Shown here: piece after piece, positions 8,922 to 18,181 of the stretch
Layout of the letters: each line of letters starts with the position of its first letter
Numbering within the stretch: position 1 is the stretch's first letter
Assembly: GCA_035464675.1 (NCBI GenBank)
Contig: DATHSA010000081.1
Location: 32,100 to 96,099 of the forward strand
Reading direction: 5' to 3'
Source: Acidimicrobiia bacterium
GTDB taxonomy: Bacteria; Actinomycetota; Acidimicrobiia; Spongiisociales; UBA11373
DNA: 64,000 bases
Program-made: the position numbers and the translations under genes
Notes under the pieces: model-generated
The model's database searches: none
The model's input: the letters and a program-made list of their open reading frames with translations, nothing else
What the model was told of the DNA's origin: nothing

Positions 8922-10444
8922 ACCGGGGGCACCCCGTGGCGCCGATCTGAGAACCCGCGTTCCTTGTTCGACGCGTAGGCCAGCCTGGCGATCAATTGGT
9001 CGCGCAGTTCGCCGGGCTCGACGACGGCATCGACCACGAGGTCGGACGCGAGCCGGAGCAGGTCGACGTCCTCCTCGTACTCCGCCCGTTTGTCGGCCAC
9101 GAATCGGTCCCTCTCGGCCGGGTCCTCGATCGACTGGATCGTGTTGAAGTAGACGGCATTGATGGCGGCCTCCGGCCCCATGACCGCGATCTCGGCCGTC
9201 GGCAGGGCGATGGTGGCGTCCGGGCGGAAACCCGGCCCCGAGAAGGCGTACAGACCCGCTCCGTAGGCCTTGCGTACGATCACCGACACCTTCGGGACGG
9301 TGGCCTCGGCGATGGCCGTCAGCATCTTGGCCCCGGCCCGGATGATTCCCTGGCGTTCGACCTCGGTACCGATCATGAACCCGGGAACGTCGGCGAAGAA
9401 GACGAGGGGGATGTTGAAGGCATCGCACAGCCAGATGAACCTCGCCGCCTTGTCGGCGGAGTCGACGAAGAGCACTCCACCGAGGTGGTTGGGCTGCGAC
9501 GCCACGATGCCCACCGGCCGCCCACCCAGCCGAGCGAGGCTGGTGATGACCTCCGTGGCATAGAGTTCCTTCACCTCGAGCAGGCTGTCCTCGTCGAACA
9601 CCCCCTCGAGGAACCGCATCATGTCGTACCCCTGGCGTGCGTCGTCGGGGACCACTTCTGCGGGGTCGACATCACCTGGACCCTCGAACTCGTACAGGGG
9701 AGGGTCGACGGTGAAGTCCGACGGGAAGTAGGAGAAGTACGTGCGCGCCCAGGCGATGGCCTCCTCGTCGCTGGACACGAGCGCGTCGCCGCAGCCGCTC
9801 ACGGTGCAGTGCATCCGGGCGCCGCCGAGTTCCTCGAGGTCGGTGTGCTCACCGATGACCATCTCGGCCATCCGCGGCGAGCCGAGGTACATCGACGCGC
9901 GGCCCTCGACCATGATCACGACGTCACAGAATGACGGGATGTAGGCGCCGCCGGCCGCAGACGGGCCGAAAAGGCAGCAGATCTGGGGCACGCGGCCGCT
10001 CAGGCGCACCTGGTTCCAGAAGATCTTTCCCGCGCCGCGCCGCCCGGGGAACAGCTCGACCTGGTCCGTGATGCGCGCCCCGGCCGAGTCCACGAGATAG
10101 AACACGGGCAGGCGCTCGTCATAGGCCGATTCGAGTGAGCGGATGATCTTCTCGACCGTGCGCGCCCCCCACGAGCCGGCCTTCACGGTGGGGTCGTTGG
10201 CAATGACCACGACGGCCCGACCGTCGACGGACCCCCTGCCCGTCACGACGGCGTCTGCGGCGAGGTCGTCACCCAGGGCATTGGCGAGGAGGCCGTCCTC
10301 CACGAACGAACCCGGGTCGCACAAGAGATCGACGCGATCGCGGACGAAGAGCTTCCCCTGCTCGGCGATCTTCTCGTGGTACTTCTCGGGGCCTCCGCTG
10401 AGGGCCTGCTCGGCCGACTTGCGGAGCCGTTCGTGCTCGGTCAA
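8918..10444 (-). CDS. pccB: acyl-CoA (propionyl-CoA) carboxylase carboxyltransferase beta subunit
   Basis: Carboxyltransferase N- and C-domains (GGPEKYHEK..., GGARMHCTVSG, VVGEGGSGGALA-like). TTG start at 10442-10444 chosen to match the PccB N-terminus (TEHERLRK); it overlaps the der stop. Confidence 0.85.
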   Translation of the reverse strand: MTEHERLRKSAEQALSGGPEKYHEKIAEQGKLFVRDRVDLLCDPGSFVEDGLLANALGDDLAADAVVTGRGSVDGRAVVVIANDPTVKAGSWGARTVEKIIRSLESAYDERLPVFYLVDSAGARITDQVELFPGRRGAGKIFWNQVRLSGRVPQICCLFGPSAAGGAYIPSFCDVVIMVEGRASMYLGSPRMAEMVIGEHTDLEELGGARMHCTVSGCGDALVSSDEEAIAWARTYFSYFPSDFTVDPPLYEFEGPGDVDPAEVVPDDARQGYDMMRFLEGVFDEDSLLEVKELYATEVITSLARLGGRPVGIVASQPNHLGGVLFVDSADKAARFIWLCDAFNIPLVFFADVPGFMIGTEVERQGIIRAGAKMLTAIAEATVPKVSVIVRKAYGAGLYAFSGPGFRPDATIALPTAEIAVMGPEAAINAVYFNTIQSIEDPAERDRFVADKRAEYEEDVDLLRLASDLVVDAVVEPGELRDQLIARLAYASNKERGFSDRRHGVPPV

Positions 10445-11757
10445 TCGAGATCTCTCCGGGGTCGCCTGCGAGGCACCAAGCGTATCGGTGTGCCCAGGAA
10501 GTCGTAGGCGTTTCGCAGGCGGCCCTCCAGGAACCGCAGGTAGTCCGGGCCCAGCTCGCCTCCCCGCACGAACAGGACGATGGTCGGGGGTTCGGTACCC
10601 GCCTGGACCGCATACATGATTCGGGCTCTGCGCCCCCGACGCACCGGGGGTGGGTGCGCCTCCTGCCATTCGAGCACCCGCCGGTTCAACTCGGGGGTGG
10701 GGATCCTCCCGGCCCGAGCCTCCAGGACGGCGAGGATCGCGGCACCGAGACGGTGGAGGCGCGCGCCGGTGAGAGCCGACAGGCGCAGCACCGGCGCCCA
10801 TGAGACGAAGGCCAGGCGATCACCCACCCCGTCCTCGGTGACAGCCTTCTGTTCGGTGTCGGTGACGTCCCACTTGTTGAGAAGGACGATCAGCCCGCTC
10901 CCGCTCTCGACGATCTCCTCGGCGAGGCGCTGCTCCTGATGCGTCACACCTTCGGTGCCGTCGATCACCAGGAGTGCCACGTCGGCCTGGGCGAGCGATT
11001 CCCGCGCCCGCAGCACCGAGTAGAACTCACTCGACTCGTCGACCCGCGACCGGCGGCGGATCCCCGCGGTGTCCACGATCCGGTATCGCTGCCCGTCGAT
11101 CTCGGCCTCGGCGTCGATCGGATCACGGGTGGTGCCGGGCTCGGGGCTCACCACCACGCGCTCCTCCCCCACCAGCCGGTTGAGGAGGGTGGATTTGCCG
11201 ACATTGGGCCGGCCGAGGATCGCGATCGTGGGCGCCGCGTCCTCCGGTTCAGCCACGACGGCCGGCAACATGTCGACGATCCCGTCGAGCAGGTCACCCA
11301 CGTTGCGCCCGTGGAGGGCGCTCACCGGGTGGGGCTCGCCCAGTCCCAGGGCCCACAGGTGCCCGAGGTCGAGTTCGCCCTTCGGGCCATCGACCTTGTT
11401 GGCGACCAGTGCGACCGGGACCGACGACTTCTGGACGACGCGGGCGATTGCCAGATCGTCGTCTCCGAGCGGGCTGGTCGCGTCGGCGACGAAGAGCACC
11501 AGGTCGGCGCTCCGTACGGCTGCCTCTGCCTGCCCGCGGATGTCGGCGGTGAGCGCGCCCGTCCCGGTCTCCCACCCGCCGGTGTCGACGACGAGGAACG
11601 GGATGCCGTTCCACTCGGCGGTGAACTCTCGCCGGTCACGGGTGACCCCCGGGCGTTCCTCGACGACGGCGGCCCGTCGTTTGAGGACCCGGTTCACGAG
11701 AGTCGACTTGCCGACATTCGGGCGGCCGACGACGGCGACTACGGGGAGGCGGGGCAC
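10441..11757 (-). CDS. der: ribosome biogenesis GTPase Der (EngA)
   Basis: Two tandem GTPase domains (GRPNVGKSTL twice, DTAG/DTGG, NKxD) plus a C-terminal KH-like domain. Confidence 0.92.
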   Translation of the reverse strand: MPRLPVVAVVGRPNVGKSTLVNRVLKRRAAVVEERPGVTRDRREFTAEWNGIPFLVVDTGGWETGTGALTADIRGQAEAAVRSADLVLFVADATSPLGDDDLAIARVVQKSSVPVALVANKVDGPKGELDLGHLWALGLGEPHPVSALHGRNVGDLLDGIVDMLPAVVAEPEDAAPTIAILGRPNVGKSTLLNRLVGEERVVVSPEPGTTRDPIDAEAEIDGQRYRIVDTAGIRRRSRVDESSEFYSVLRARESLAQADVALLVIDGTEGVTHQEQRLAEEIVESGSGLIVLLNKWDVTDTEQKAVTEDGVGDRLAFVSWAPVLRLSALTGARLHRLGAAILAVLEARAGRIPTPELNRRVLEWQEAHPPPVRRGRRARIMYAVQAGTEPPTIVLFVRGGELGPDYLRFLEGRLRNAYDFLGTPIRLVPRRRPRRDLD

Positions 11758-11844
11758 CGGACAAGGATATGCCCGAGGCAGAGGGGAGCAGAGCCCCGAC
11801 CGGATCCGACGGCATTCCCTCGGGGTCGCCGTACCATCCGGGCC

Positions 11845-12900
11845 GTGGTCGACTCAGTTCTTCTCGCCGAGCCCCGCGGTTTCTGCGCCGGTGTCGAGAT
11901 GGCGATCAAGGCCCTCACATGGATGGTCCGTGTCTTCGACCCGCCCGTCTACTGCTACCACGAGATCGTTCACAACGCCTCCGTGGTCGGCGTGTTCGAG
12001 CGCGCCGGGGTGGTCTTCGTCGAATCCATCGACGAGGTGCCGGCCGGTGCCCCGATCATGCTCTCGGCTCATGGCTCGGCGCCCGAGATCGTCGACGCGG
12101 CGACCAAGAGAAGCGCCGTCATGGTCGATGCGGTCTGCCCGCTGGTGACCAAGGTGCATCACGAGGTCAAGTCGCGCGCCGGTGCCGGGTACGACATCAT
12201 CTACGTCGGGCACGAGGGCCACGACGAGGCGATCGGCACGGTCGCCGAGGCACCCCATGCAGTCACCCTGGTCGACCCCGAGGACGGCCTCGGCTCCTTC
12301 GAGCCGGCCGATTCCGGCCGTGTGGCGCTCGTGGCCCAGACGACGCTCGGACTCTTCGAATGGGAGAAGGTGCTGGAGGATGCAGGGGCGCGCTTCCCCG
12401 ATCTGTGGACGGCCCGTCGGAGCGACCTCTGCTACGCCACCACGAACCGCCAGGAGGCGGTTCAGGAACTGGCGCGGAGATCCGACCTCGTACTGGTCGT
12501 CGGCTCCGAGAACTCGTCGAACACGAGGGCTCTGGTGCGCGTCGCCCGCTCGGAGGGTGTGGCCGCCCATCGGGTGGACGGGCCGGAGTCCATCGACCCG
12601 GCGTGGCTGGAAGATGCCTCCGTCGTGGGTGTCACCGCCGGGGCGTCGGCCCCCGATCGCTCGGTGCGCGAGGTGATCGCCGCAGTCGGTGCGAAGCAGG
12701 GCGTGGAACCGGTTCGCGTCACCGAGGAGGGTGAGTACTTCCCGCCCCCGCCTCAGTTGCGGGCCTTCCTCAAGGCGCTGCAGGGCGCGGTCGAGGCAGG
12801 GGTGACCGCGCGGATGCCCGGCCGACCGGGCCTCCTCGATCAGGACCGGTCATGGGGCGCCACCGAGGCCCTGGAGATGCTGTCGGGCGTTCCGGTCTGA
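11845..12900 (+). CDS. ispH: 4-hydroxy-3-methylbut-2-enyl diphosphate reductase
   Basis: LytB family (LAEPRGFCAGVE, SAHG, VAQTT motifs, three conserved Cys). GTG start at 11845. The 300-codon upstream extension of ORF 10939..12900 is antisense to der and rejected. Confidence 0.85.
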   Translation: MVDSVLLAEPRGFCAGVEMAIKALTWMVRVFDPPVYCYHEIVHNASVVGVFERAGVVFVESIDEVPAGAPIMLSAHGSAPEIVDAATKRSAVMVDAVCPLVTKVHHEVKSRAGAGYDIIYVGHEGHDEAIGTVAEAPHAVTLVDPEDGLGSFEPADSGRVALVAQTTLGLFEWEKVLEDAGARFPDLWTARRSDLCYATTNRQEAVQELARRSDLVLVVGSENSSNTRALVRVARSEGVAAHRVDGPESIDPAWLEDASVVGVTAGASAPDRSVREVIAAVGAKQGVEPVRVTEEGEYFPPPPQLRAFLKALQGAVEAGVTARMPGRPGLLDQDRSWGATEALEMLSGVPV

Positions 12901-12901
12901 C

Positions 12902-13546
12902 TCAGACCGTCTCCACGAGGTCGAGGATCCGGCCAACCACATCTGCGATCGTGAGGTCGGATGTGTCGATGGTCACGGCATCGTCGGCGGCTCTCAGCGG
13001 GGATGCCGCTCGCGACGTGTCGGCTTCGTCGCGGCGAGCGATCTGCTCGAGGATGCCTTCGACCGTGTGGCCCTCTGCTTCCGGGTCGGCGGCTCGCCGG
13101 CGGGCTCGCACGTCGGGATCCGCCGTCAGGAACACCTTGACCGGTGCGTCGGGGAAGACCACCGTCCCGATATCCCTGCCTTCCACGACCGCTTCGCCTC
13201 CATGGCGGGCCACCCACAGCCGCTGGAGCTCGACCACGGCCCGCCTCACCCGGGCATGCGCGGCCACGACACTCACGGCCGCCGTGACCGCAGGCGACCT
13301 GAGGTCCAGGGAGACGTCGGCGCCGTTCAGCAGGAGCCGGCCCTCCTGGAAGTCGATCTCGATCCCGTGCAACGCGTCGAGCACGTCTCCGGCGTCGGCG
13401 GGATCCCCGCCGGCTCGGAGCGTGACCAACGTCGCCAACCTGTAGTAGGCACCCGTGTCGAGGTACGGGATACCCAGCGCGGCGGCGACCGCGCGCGACA
13501 CCGTGCTCTTACCGACCCCACTGGGGCCATCTATCGCGACGACCAC
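12902..13546 (-). CDS. cmk: cytidylate kinase
   Basis: VVAIDGPSGVGKST P-loop and the rest of a Cmk sequence. GTG start overlaps the aroA 3' end by about 16 nt. The long ORF 12902..14572 is a read-through artefact. Confidence 0.85.
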   Translation of the reverse strand: MVVAIDGPSGVGKSTVSRAVAAALGIPYLDTGAYYRLATLVTLRAGGDPADAGDVLDALHGIEIDFQEGRLLLNGADVSLDLRSPAVTAAVSVVAAHARVRRAVVELQRLWVARHGGEAVVEGRDIGTVVFPDAPVKVFLTADPDVRARRRAADPEAEGHTVEGILEQIARRDEADTSRAASPLRAADDAVTIDTSDLTIADVVGRILDLVETV

Positions 13547-14793
13547 ATGGCCTCCAACACTGCGGCGAAGCCGGGCCACGATACGCGGACGGCGTCGAAC
13601 CCATCGATCTCGACCTCTGCCCCGGCGGACGCGGCCACGGCGGCGGCCATCGCGATGCGGTGGTCTCCCCGGGCGTCGACGGCTCCACCGCGGAGGCGCC
13701 CGCCGTCGATGGTGAACCCGTCCTCCCATTCCTCGGCTGTGCCGTCCAGGGCGCGGATCATGGCGACGGTGGCGCTGACCCGGTCGGACTCCTTCGTTCT
13801 GAGCTCGCCGGCGTCGCGGACGATCGTGGGGCCGTGGGCGTGGGCGGCGGCGATCGCCAGCACGGGGAGTTCGTCGAGGGAACGCGTCGAGGAGACTCCT
13901 GTGACCTCGATCCCCCTGAGCGCGGCGCCGCCGACGGTCACATCTCCCACCGGATCGCCGAGGATCTCTCCTGTGACCACGGCGGTCACATCGGCCCCCA
14001 TGGCTCCGAGCGCCTCGAGAATCCCGGTACGGCCCGGGTTCAGCGACACCCCGGGGGTCTCGACGCGGGCACCGGGGACGATCGCCGCCGCCACCCACAG
14101 GAACGCGGCCGCCGAGGGGTCTCCGGGGAGTGCCAGTTCGAGGGCCGGCACCGGTCCCGGACGGATCTCGAACCGGCCGTCGGGAAGCGCCGTGCCAAGG
14201 CCGAGATGCGCGAGCCAGCGCTCCGTGTGATCCCGGTAGCCCGGCGGCGAGTCCAGGGTCGTCACCCCCTCCGCCTGGATCGCCGCGAGGACAGAGGCGG
14301 TCCTCACCTGGGCACTCGGGATCGGGATCTCGAGGGCCGTGCCGATCAGCGGGCCCCCGATCACCGAGATCGGGGGCGTGCCGGACGGAGACACCTCGAC
14401 CGTGGCGCCGAGTTCTCGCAGCGGCTCGACGAGGCGCTGCATCGGGCGAACCATCAGTGAGGCATCTCCTGTGATCGTCGTGGTGAACTCCTGCCCCGCG
14501 ACCGCGCCGGCGAGCAGGCGCATCGTCGTCGCCGAATTGGCCGTGTCGATCGCAGCGACCGGCGGCCTCCATCGATCGACGCCCGGCGACCTCACCGCCT
14601 CCCCATCGATGTCGACGCCCACGGCACGCAGGGCCGAGCGCGTCGCAGAGACATCCCTTCCCCGCCCGAGGCCGGAGATCCGGGAGGTTCCGGAGGCCAT
14701 TGCCGCCAGGAAGAGGGCTCGGTGGGACAGGGACTTGTCGCCGGGTGCCTCCACCCTTGCCGCGAAGGGCTCGCCGGGACCGATGAACTTCAC
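13531..14793 (-). CDS. aroA: 3-phosphoshikimate 1-carboxyvinyltransferase (EPSP synthase)
   Basis: Full-length EPSP synthase similarity (PGDKSLSHR, LGAT...). GTG start 14791-14793 overlaps the rluB stop (GTGA). Alternative ATG at 14856. Confidence 0.85.
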   Translation of the reverse strand: MKFIGPGEPFAARVEAPGDKSLSHRALFLAAMASGTSRISGLGRGRDVSATRSALRAVGVDIDGEAVRSPGVDRWRPPVAAIDTANSATTMRLLAGAVAGQEFTTTITGDASLMVRPMQRLVEPLRELGATVEVSPSGTPPISVIGGPLIGTALEIPIPSAQVRTASVLAAIQAEGVTTLDSPPGYRDHTERWLAHLGLGTALPDGRFEIRPGPVPALELALPGDPSAAAFLWVAAAIVPGARVETPGVSLNPGRTGILEALGAMGADVTAVVTGEILGDPVGDVTVGGAALRGIEVTGVSSTRSLDELPVLAIAAAHAHGPTIVRDAGELRTKESDRVSATVAMIRALDGTAEEWEDGFTIDGGRLRGGAVDARGDHRIAMAAAVAASAGAEVEIDGFDAVRVSWPGFAAVLEAMWSSR

Positions 14794-15527
14794 GAGCCCT
14801 CCATCCCGGCCGCGCGGTACAGCGAGCGAACCTCCTCGGTCGAGAGTGGCCGCCACTCTCCCGGCTTCAGAGAGGTGTCGCGTACCGGCCCGATGGCGGT
14901 TCTGACGAGGGCGAGCACCCGGTGACCCACCGCGTCGAACATACGGCGCACCTCCCGGTTGCGCCCCTCCCCCATCACCACCTCGACGAGTGTCTCGCCA
15001 CCGAATCGGTCCACGACGCGGGCCGACACGGCCGCCGCCGGCCCGTCGTCGAGGTCCACTCCCGTGGTGAGGGCGTCGAGGGCCGCCCGTCCCGGATCTC
15101 CGGCTACACGCGCCAGGTAGGTCTTGGTCACGCCGTGGCTCGGGTGGGTCACCACGGCGGTCAGATCGCCGTCGTTGGTGACGATGAGGAGGCCCTCGGA
15201 GTCGGCATCGAGTCGTCCCACCGGATACACCCTGGTATCGGCCGGCACCAGGTCCACGACCGTCCTCCGACCATGAGGGTCGTCGGCGGTGCTCACGACG
15301 CCGACGGGTTTGTTGAGGAGGTAGTGGACGAGGTCCGGCCGGATGGGAAGTGGCACCTCATCGACGAGCACCCGTGCGGTGGAAGGATCGACCTTCTGCC
15401 CGAGATGAGCCGGCTCACCGTCGACGGTCACCCTTCCGTCCCGGATCATGTCCTCTGCCGTGCGACGCGACGCGATGCCGGTGTGGGCGATCAGCTTCTG
15501 GAGTCGTTCGATGGGTCCTCCGGACGG
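14790..15527 (-). CDS. rluB: 23S rRNA pseudouridine synthase (RluB/RsuA family), start unresolved
   Basis: S4 domain (ERLQKLIAHTGIASRR) plus pseudouridine synthase core (VGRLDADSEGLL). No canonical start between the scpB stop and the S4 domain. In-frame Arg-rich extension overlaps scpB; 5' boundary approximate. Confidence 0.7.
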   Translation of the reverse strand, partial: PSGGPIERLQKLIAHTGIASRRTAEDMIRDGRVTVDGEPAHLGQKVDPSTARVLVDEVPLPIRPDLVHYLLNKPVGVVSTADDPHGRRTVVDLVPADTRVYPVGRLDADSEGLLIVTNDGDLTAVVTHPSHGVTKTYLARVAGDPGRAALDALTTGVDLDDGPAAAVSARVVDRFGGETLVEVVMGEGRNREVRRMFDAVGHRVLALVRTAIGPVRDTSLKPGEWRPLSTEEVRSLYRAAGMEGS

Positions 15528-16069
15528 AACGGCCGCTCGAGCGCCTCGACGACGTCGGGTGGGGGAACGTGGTCGGCAAGAGGCGGAAGGTCGGAAAGCG
15601 CGTTGAGTCCCATCTTCTCCAGGAACAGCTCCGTGGTTCCGTAGAGGAACGCCTGTCCCGAACCCGGCGCCGTGCCCACCACCTCGATCAGGCCGCGGCG
15701 CTCGAGGGTCCGGAGGGCCTGTTCGGAGTCGACGCCCCTGATGTCGCCCACCTGCCCCCTGGACACCGGCTGGCGATAGGCGACGACCGCCAGCGACTCC
15801 AGCGCGGCGCGTGACACCCGGGTCGCGGTCGGCGAGGCCGCAAAGCGCTCCAGGTAGGGCCGCAGGTCGGGGCGGGTGTAGAGGCGCCACCCACCCCCCG
15901 ACTCGCGCAGTACGAGACCACTGCCGGATTCCGAGAGCCGGTCGGCCAGCCTGGTGAGGGCCTGCTCGATCTCACTGGGCGGGAGCTCCAGCACCTCGGA
16001 CAGTTCGGCCGCGGGCACCGGTGACTCGGCGACGAAGAGAATCGCCTCCAGTGCGGCGTTCGCATCCAT
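15491..16069 (-). CDS. scpB: segregation and condensation protein B
   Basis: Start at MDANAALEAILFVAESPV; two winged-helix ScpB repeats. Confidence 0.85.
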   Translation of the reverse strand: MDANAALEAILFVAESPVPAAELSEVLELPPSEIEQALTRLADRLSESGSGLVLRESGGGWRLYTRPDLRPYLERFAASPTATRVSRAALESLAVVAYRQPVSRGQVGDIRGVDSEQALRTLERRGLIEVVGTAPGSGQAFLYGTTELFLEKMGLNALSDLPPLADHVPPPDVVEALERPFRPEDPSNDSRS

Positions 16070-16845
16070 CAGCCGGCCTCCCGGGGACGGTCCCACTCCG
16101 ACACGAGGTCTCCTCCGGCCCCGTCCATGCGGCGCAGTGTGATCCGGGCAGACGGCTCCGACTGGCGCGCCTGGACGAGCCCCCACCGGGCCAACTCCAG
16201 TACGGCGAGGAAATAGGCCACCACCTCCACCGGCCGCCCGAGATGGGCGGTGACGCGCTCGAAATCGGTTTCGATCTCGGTGTCGAGCCTACGCCTGAGA
16301 TCGGTCATGGCCTCGGTGACGGAGGGCAGGTCGAGGTCCAGGTGGTCGAGGTCGGGCTCCGCCACGGGGCGAGCCAGGACCCGTTGTGCCAGGTCGGAGA
16401 ACTCGGCGACGCCGAGACTCAGGCGCACCTCGGAGGGCGGAGGGTCGATCGTGTCGTCCAGACCGGCGTATCGGGGAACCAGGAGCTCCGTCGATTCGAG
16501 GCGATGCGCCAGGACGGCGGCGACGTCCTTGAAGGTGAGGTTGGCGAGAAGCCGCGAGAGGAGGCGGTCGCGTTCCTCGGCGAGGAGGAGGTCTTCGTCG
16601 AGGTCGACCTCGGTGTCGCCAGGCAGGAGACTGCGCGCCTTCAGCTGGACGAGGGTCGCCGCGATCACCAGGAATTCCGACGTCACTTCGAGATCAAGGG
16701 TCTTCATCACCTCGACGTGGGCGAGGTACTCGGCAACCAGGTCGGAGAGGCTGAGATCGGTCACCTCGAGGCGGTGGGAGGTGATCAGCTGCAACAGCAG
16801 GTCGAGGGGACCCTCGTAGATGGGGGTGCGCACTTCGAACGTCAT
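16069..16845 (-). CDS. scpA: segregation and condensation protein A
   Basis: 258 aa kleisin ScpA; stop overlaps the scpB start. Confidence 0.85.
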   Translation of the reverse strand: MTFEVRTPIYEGPLDLLLQLITSHRLEVTDLSLSDLVAEYLAHVEVMKTLDLEVTSEFLVIAATLVQLKARSLLPGDTEVDLDEDLLLAEERDRLLSRLLANLTFKDVAAVLAHRLESTELLVPRYAGLDDTIDPPPSEVRLSLGVAEFSDLAQRVLARPVAEPDLDHLDLDLPSVTEAMTDLRRRLDTEIETDFERVTAHLGRPVEVVAYFLAVLELARWGLVQARQSEPSARITLRRMDGAGGDLVSEWDRPREAG

Positions 16846-16939
16846 CGGGATGATGGTATTCGGCCCGGCCGCTCACCACGTGGTTCTCCGAAACCGTCTC
16901 CTGGTGCCCGCGGCACCCCTCCCACCGCCGTCTGCCCGG

Positions 16940-17425
16940 TCACTCGTCGTCGGCGCGAACCAGTGCGTCCCAATCGGCAGCGGCCACTCCCCGGGGCTTC
17001 TGGCCGTGATGATGGCGGGCGAAGGCCACCACCAGCGGCTCGGCTCCGACCGACTCCAACTCGGCGGCCCCGGCCTCGCCGTGTTCGATGTATGCAGCGA
17101 ACCTGCCCCGGAGCGGCAGTCGGAGCGTCGCGACGACCGATGCCACCGAGCGGCCGATGACCCCGAGCCGGGCATGCCGCTTGCCGATGTCATGGAGCAG
17201 GGCTGCCCTGACCAGTTCGGGGCGATCCGTAGCCAGCTCTGCGACATGCCGCGCCGAGGTGACCGCGTGGGCCTGATCTGCCACCGGCTGAGACCAGAAG
17301 AGCCGGGCAAGGTCCTCTGACAGCACGGTGGCGATCCAGAGCTGGTCCCCCGGTGGCGGGCGGCGCGATCTCAGGGTTCCGAAGAATCTCCGGATGAGGT
17401 GGGCCGGTCGGCCCGGAGCGCTCAT
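16940..17425 (-). CDS. HD domain-containing phosphohydrolase
   Basis: H...HDIGK motif (ALLHDIGKRH) plus downstream His/Asp residues. Confidence 0.6.
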   Translation of the reverse strand: MSAPGRPAHLIRRFFGTLRSRRPPPGDQLWIATVLSEDLARLFWSQPVADQAHAVTSARHVAELATDRPELVRAALLHDIGKRHARLGVIGRSVASVVATLRLPLRGRFAAYIEHGEAGAAELESVGAEPLVVAFARHHHGQKPRGVAAADWDALVRADDE

Positions 17426-18063
17426 ATGGCGACCCTGACGACCCAGCCGATCACGTCTCCGAGGAAGGACAGGGAGTCCTCGAACACGAACAACAGGACG
17501 ATCAGGATGATGAAGCCGTATTGCGATATCTGGGCGAATATCCGTCGTCCCTCGGGTCCGAGGACAAGGGGCACGAGGCGGCTCCCATCGAGGGGCGGGA
17601 TGGGGAGCATGTTGAACACGGCAAGGGCGGCGTTGACGACCAGGACGCCGATGAGCACGTCGGTCAGGAGCCCGTCGGCCGTCCTGAACACCTGCCCCTC
17701 GACCTCGATGAACGGTCCGAACCGCCCCACCGCGAACGCGATCAGCAGGTTCGTGGCGGGTCCGGCCAGAGCAGTGATCGCCATGCCGCCGACGGGCCGG
17801 TCGAAGTGGTGTGGCTGCACCGGCACCGGCTTCGCCCAGCCGAACACGTTCTGGCGGGCAAGCGCGAGCATCGCGGGAAGGAGGATGGAGCCGAAGGGGT
17901 CGATGTGCTTGACGGGGTTGAGGGTCAGCCTCCCGCGGTCACGTGCCGTGGGGTCGCCGAGCCGATAGGCGACGTACCCGTGCGCCACCTCGTGGAGGAT
18001 CACCGACGGAATGAGGATCGCGATGAAGAGGAGCGCGTCGATGAGGGCGTTGTCGTGGATCAA
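17422..18063 (-). CDS. site-2 protease family (M50) intramembrane metalloprotease
   Basis: HEVAHG HExxH motif inside a TM helix plus a downstream LDG motif; TTG start. Confidence 0.75.
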   Translation of the reverse strand: MIHDNALIDALLFIAILIPSVILHEVAHGYVAYRLGDPTARDRGRLTLNPVKHIDPFGSILLPAMLALARQNVFGWAKPVPVQPHHFDRPVGGMAITALAGPATNLLIAFAVGRFGPFIEVEGQVFRTADGLLTDVLIGVLVVNAALAVFNMLPIPPLDGSRLVPLVLGPEGRRIFAQISQYGFIILIVLLFVFEDSLSFLGDVIGWVVRVAI

Positions 18064-18064
18064 G

Positions 18065-18166
18065 CCCGTCTCCCGTCGCCGGTCTCCCGTCTCCCGTCAA
18101 CGGTGCCGGAGATGGCTGGCGGCGGTCCTGCGGGCGACGGGCGACGGGCGACGGGCGACCGGGCCG
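18065..18166 (-). repeat. heptad-hairpin element A (tandem CCCGTCN x4 ... GACGGGC x4 inverted arms)
   Basis: cccgtctcccgtcgccggtctcccgtctcccgtc [loop] gacgggcgacgggcgacgggcgacc. Ends 16 nt after the dksA-like stop and abuts the S2P start. Confidence 0.7.
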
Positions 18167-18181
18167 GGATCAAGTGAGGCC

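Noticed and set aside
8319-8978. ORFs 8367..8765 and 8319..8978 encoding 'GSALGWGPRGRRFKSGQPD'-type sequence
   Set aside because: They run through the tRNA-Pro gene (the FKSG stretch is the translated T-arm); spurious.
10939-11844. 300-codon N-terminal extension of the ispH ORF
   Set aside because: Antisense to der; the IspH homology begins only at 11845 (LAEPRGFCAGVE), where a GTG is present.
12902-14572. 556-aa ORF fusing cmk with sequence antisense or out-of-frame to aroA
   Set aside because: Only the C-terminal 215 aa are Cmk-like; the remainder is Arg/Gly low-complexity overlapping aroA.
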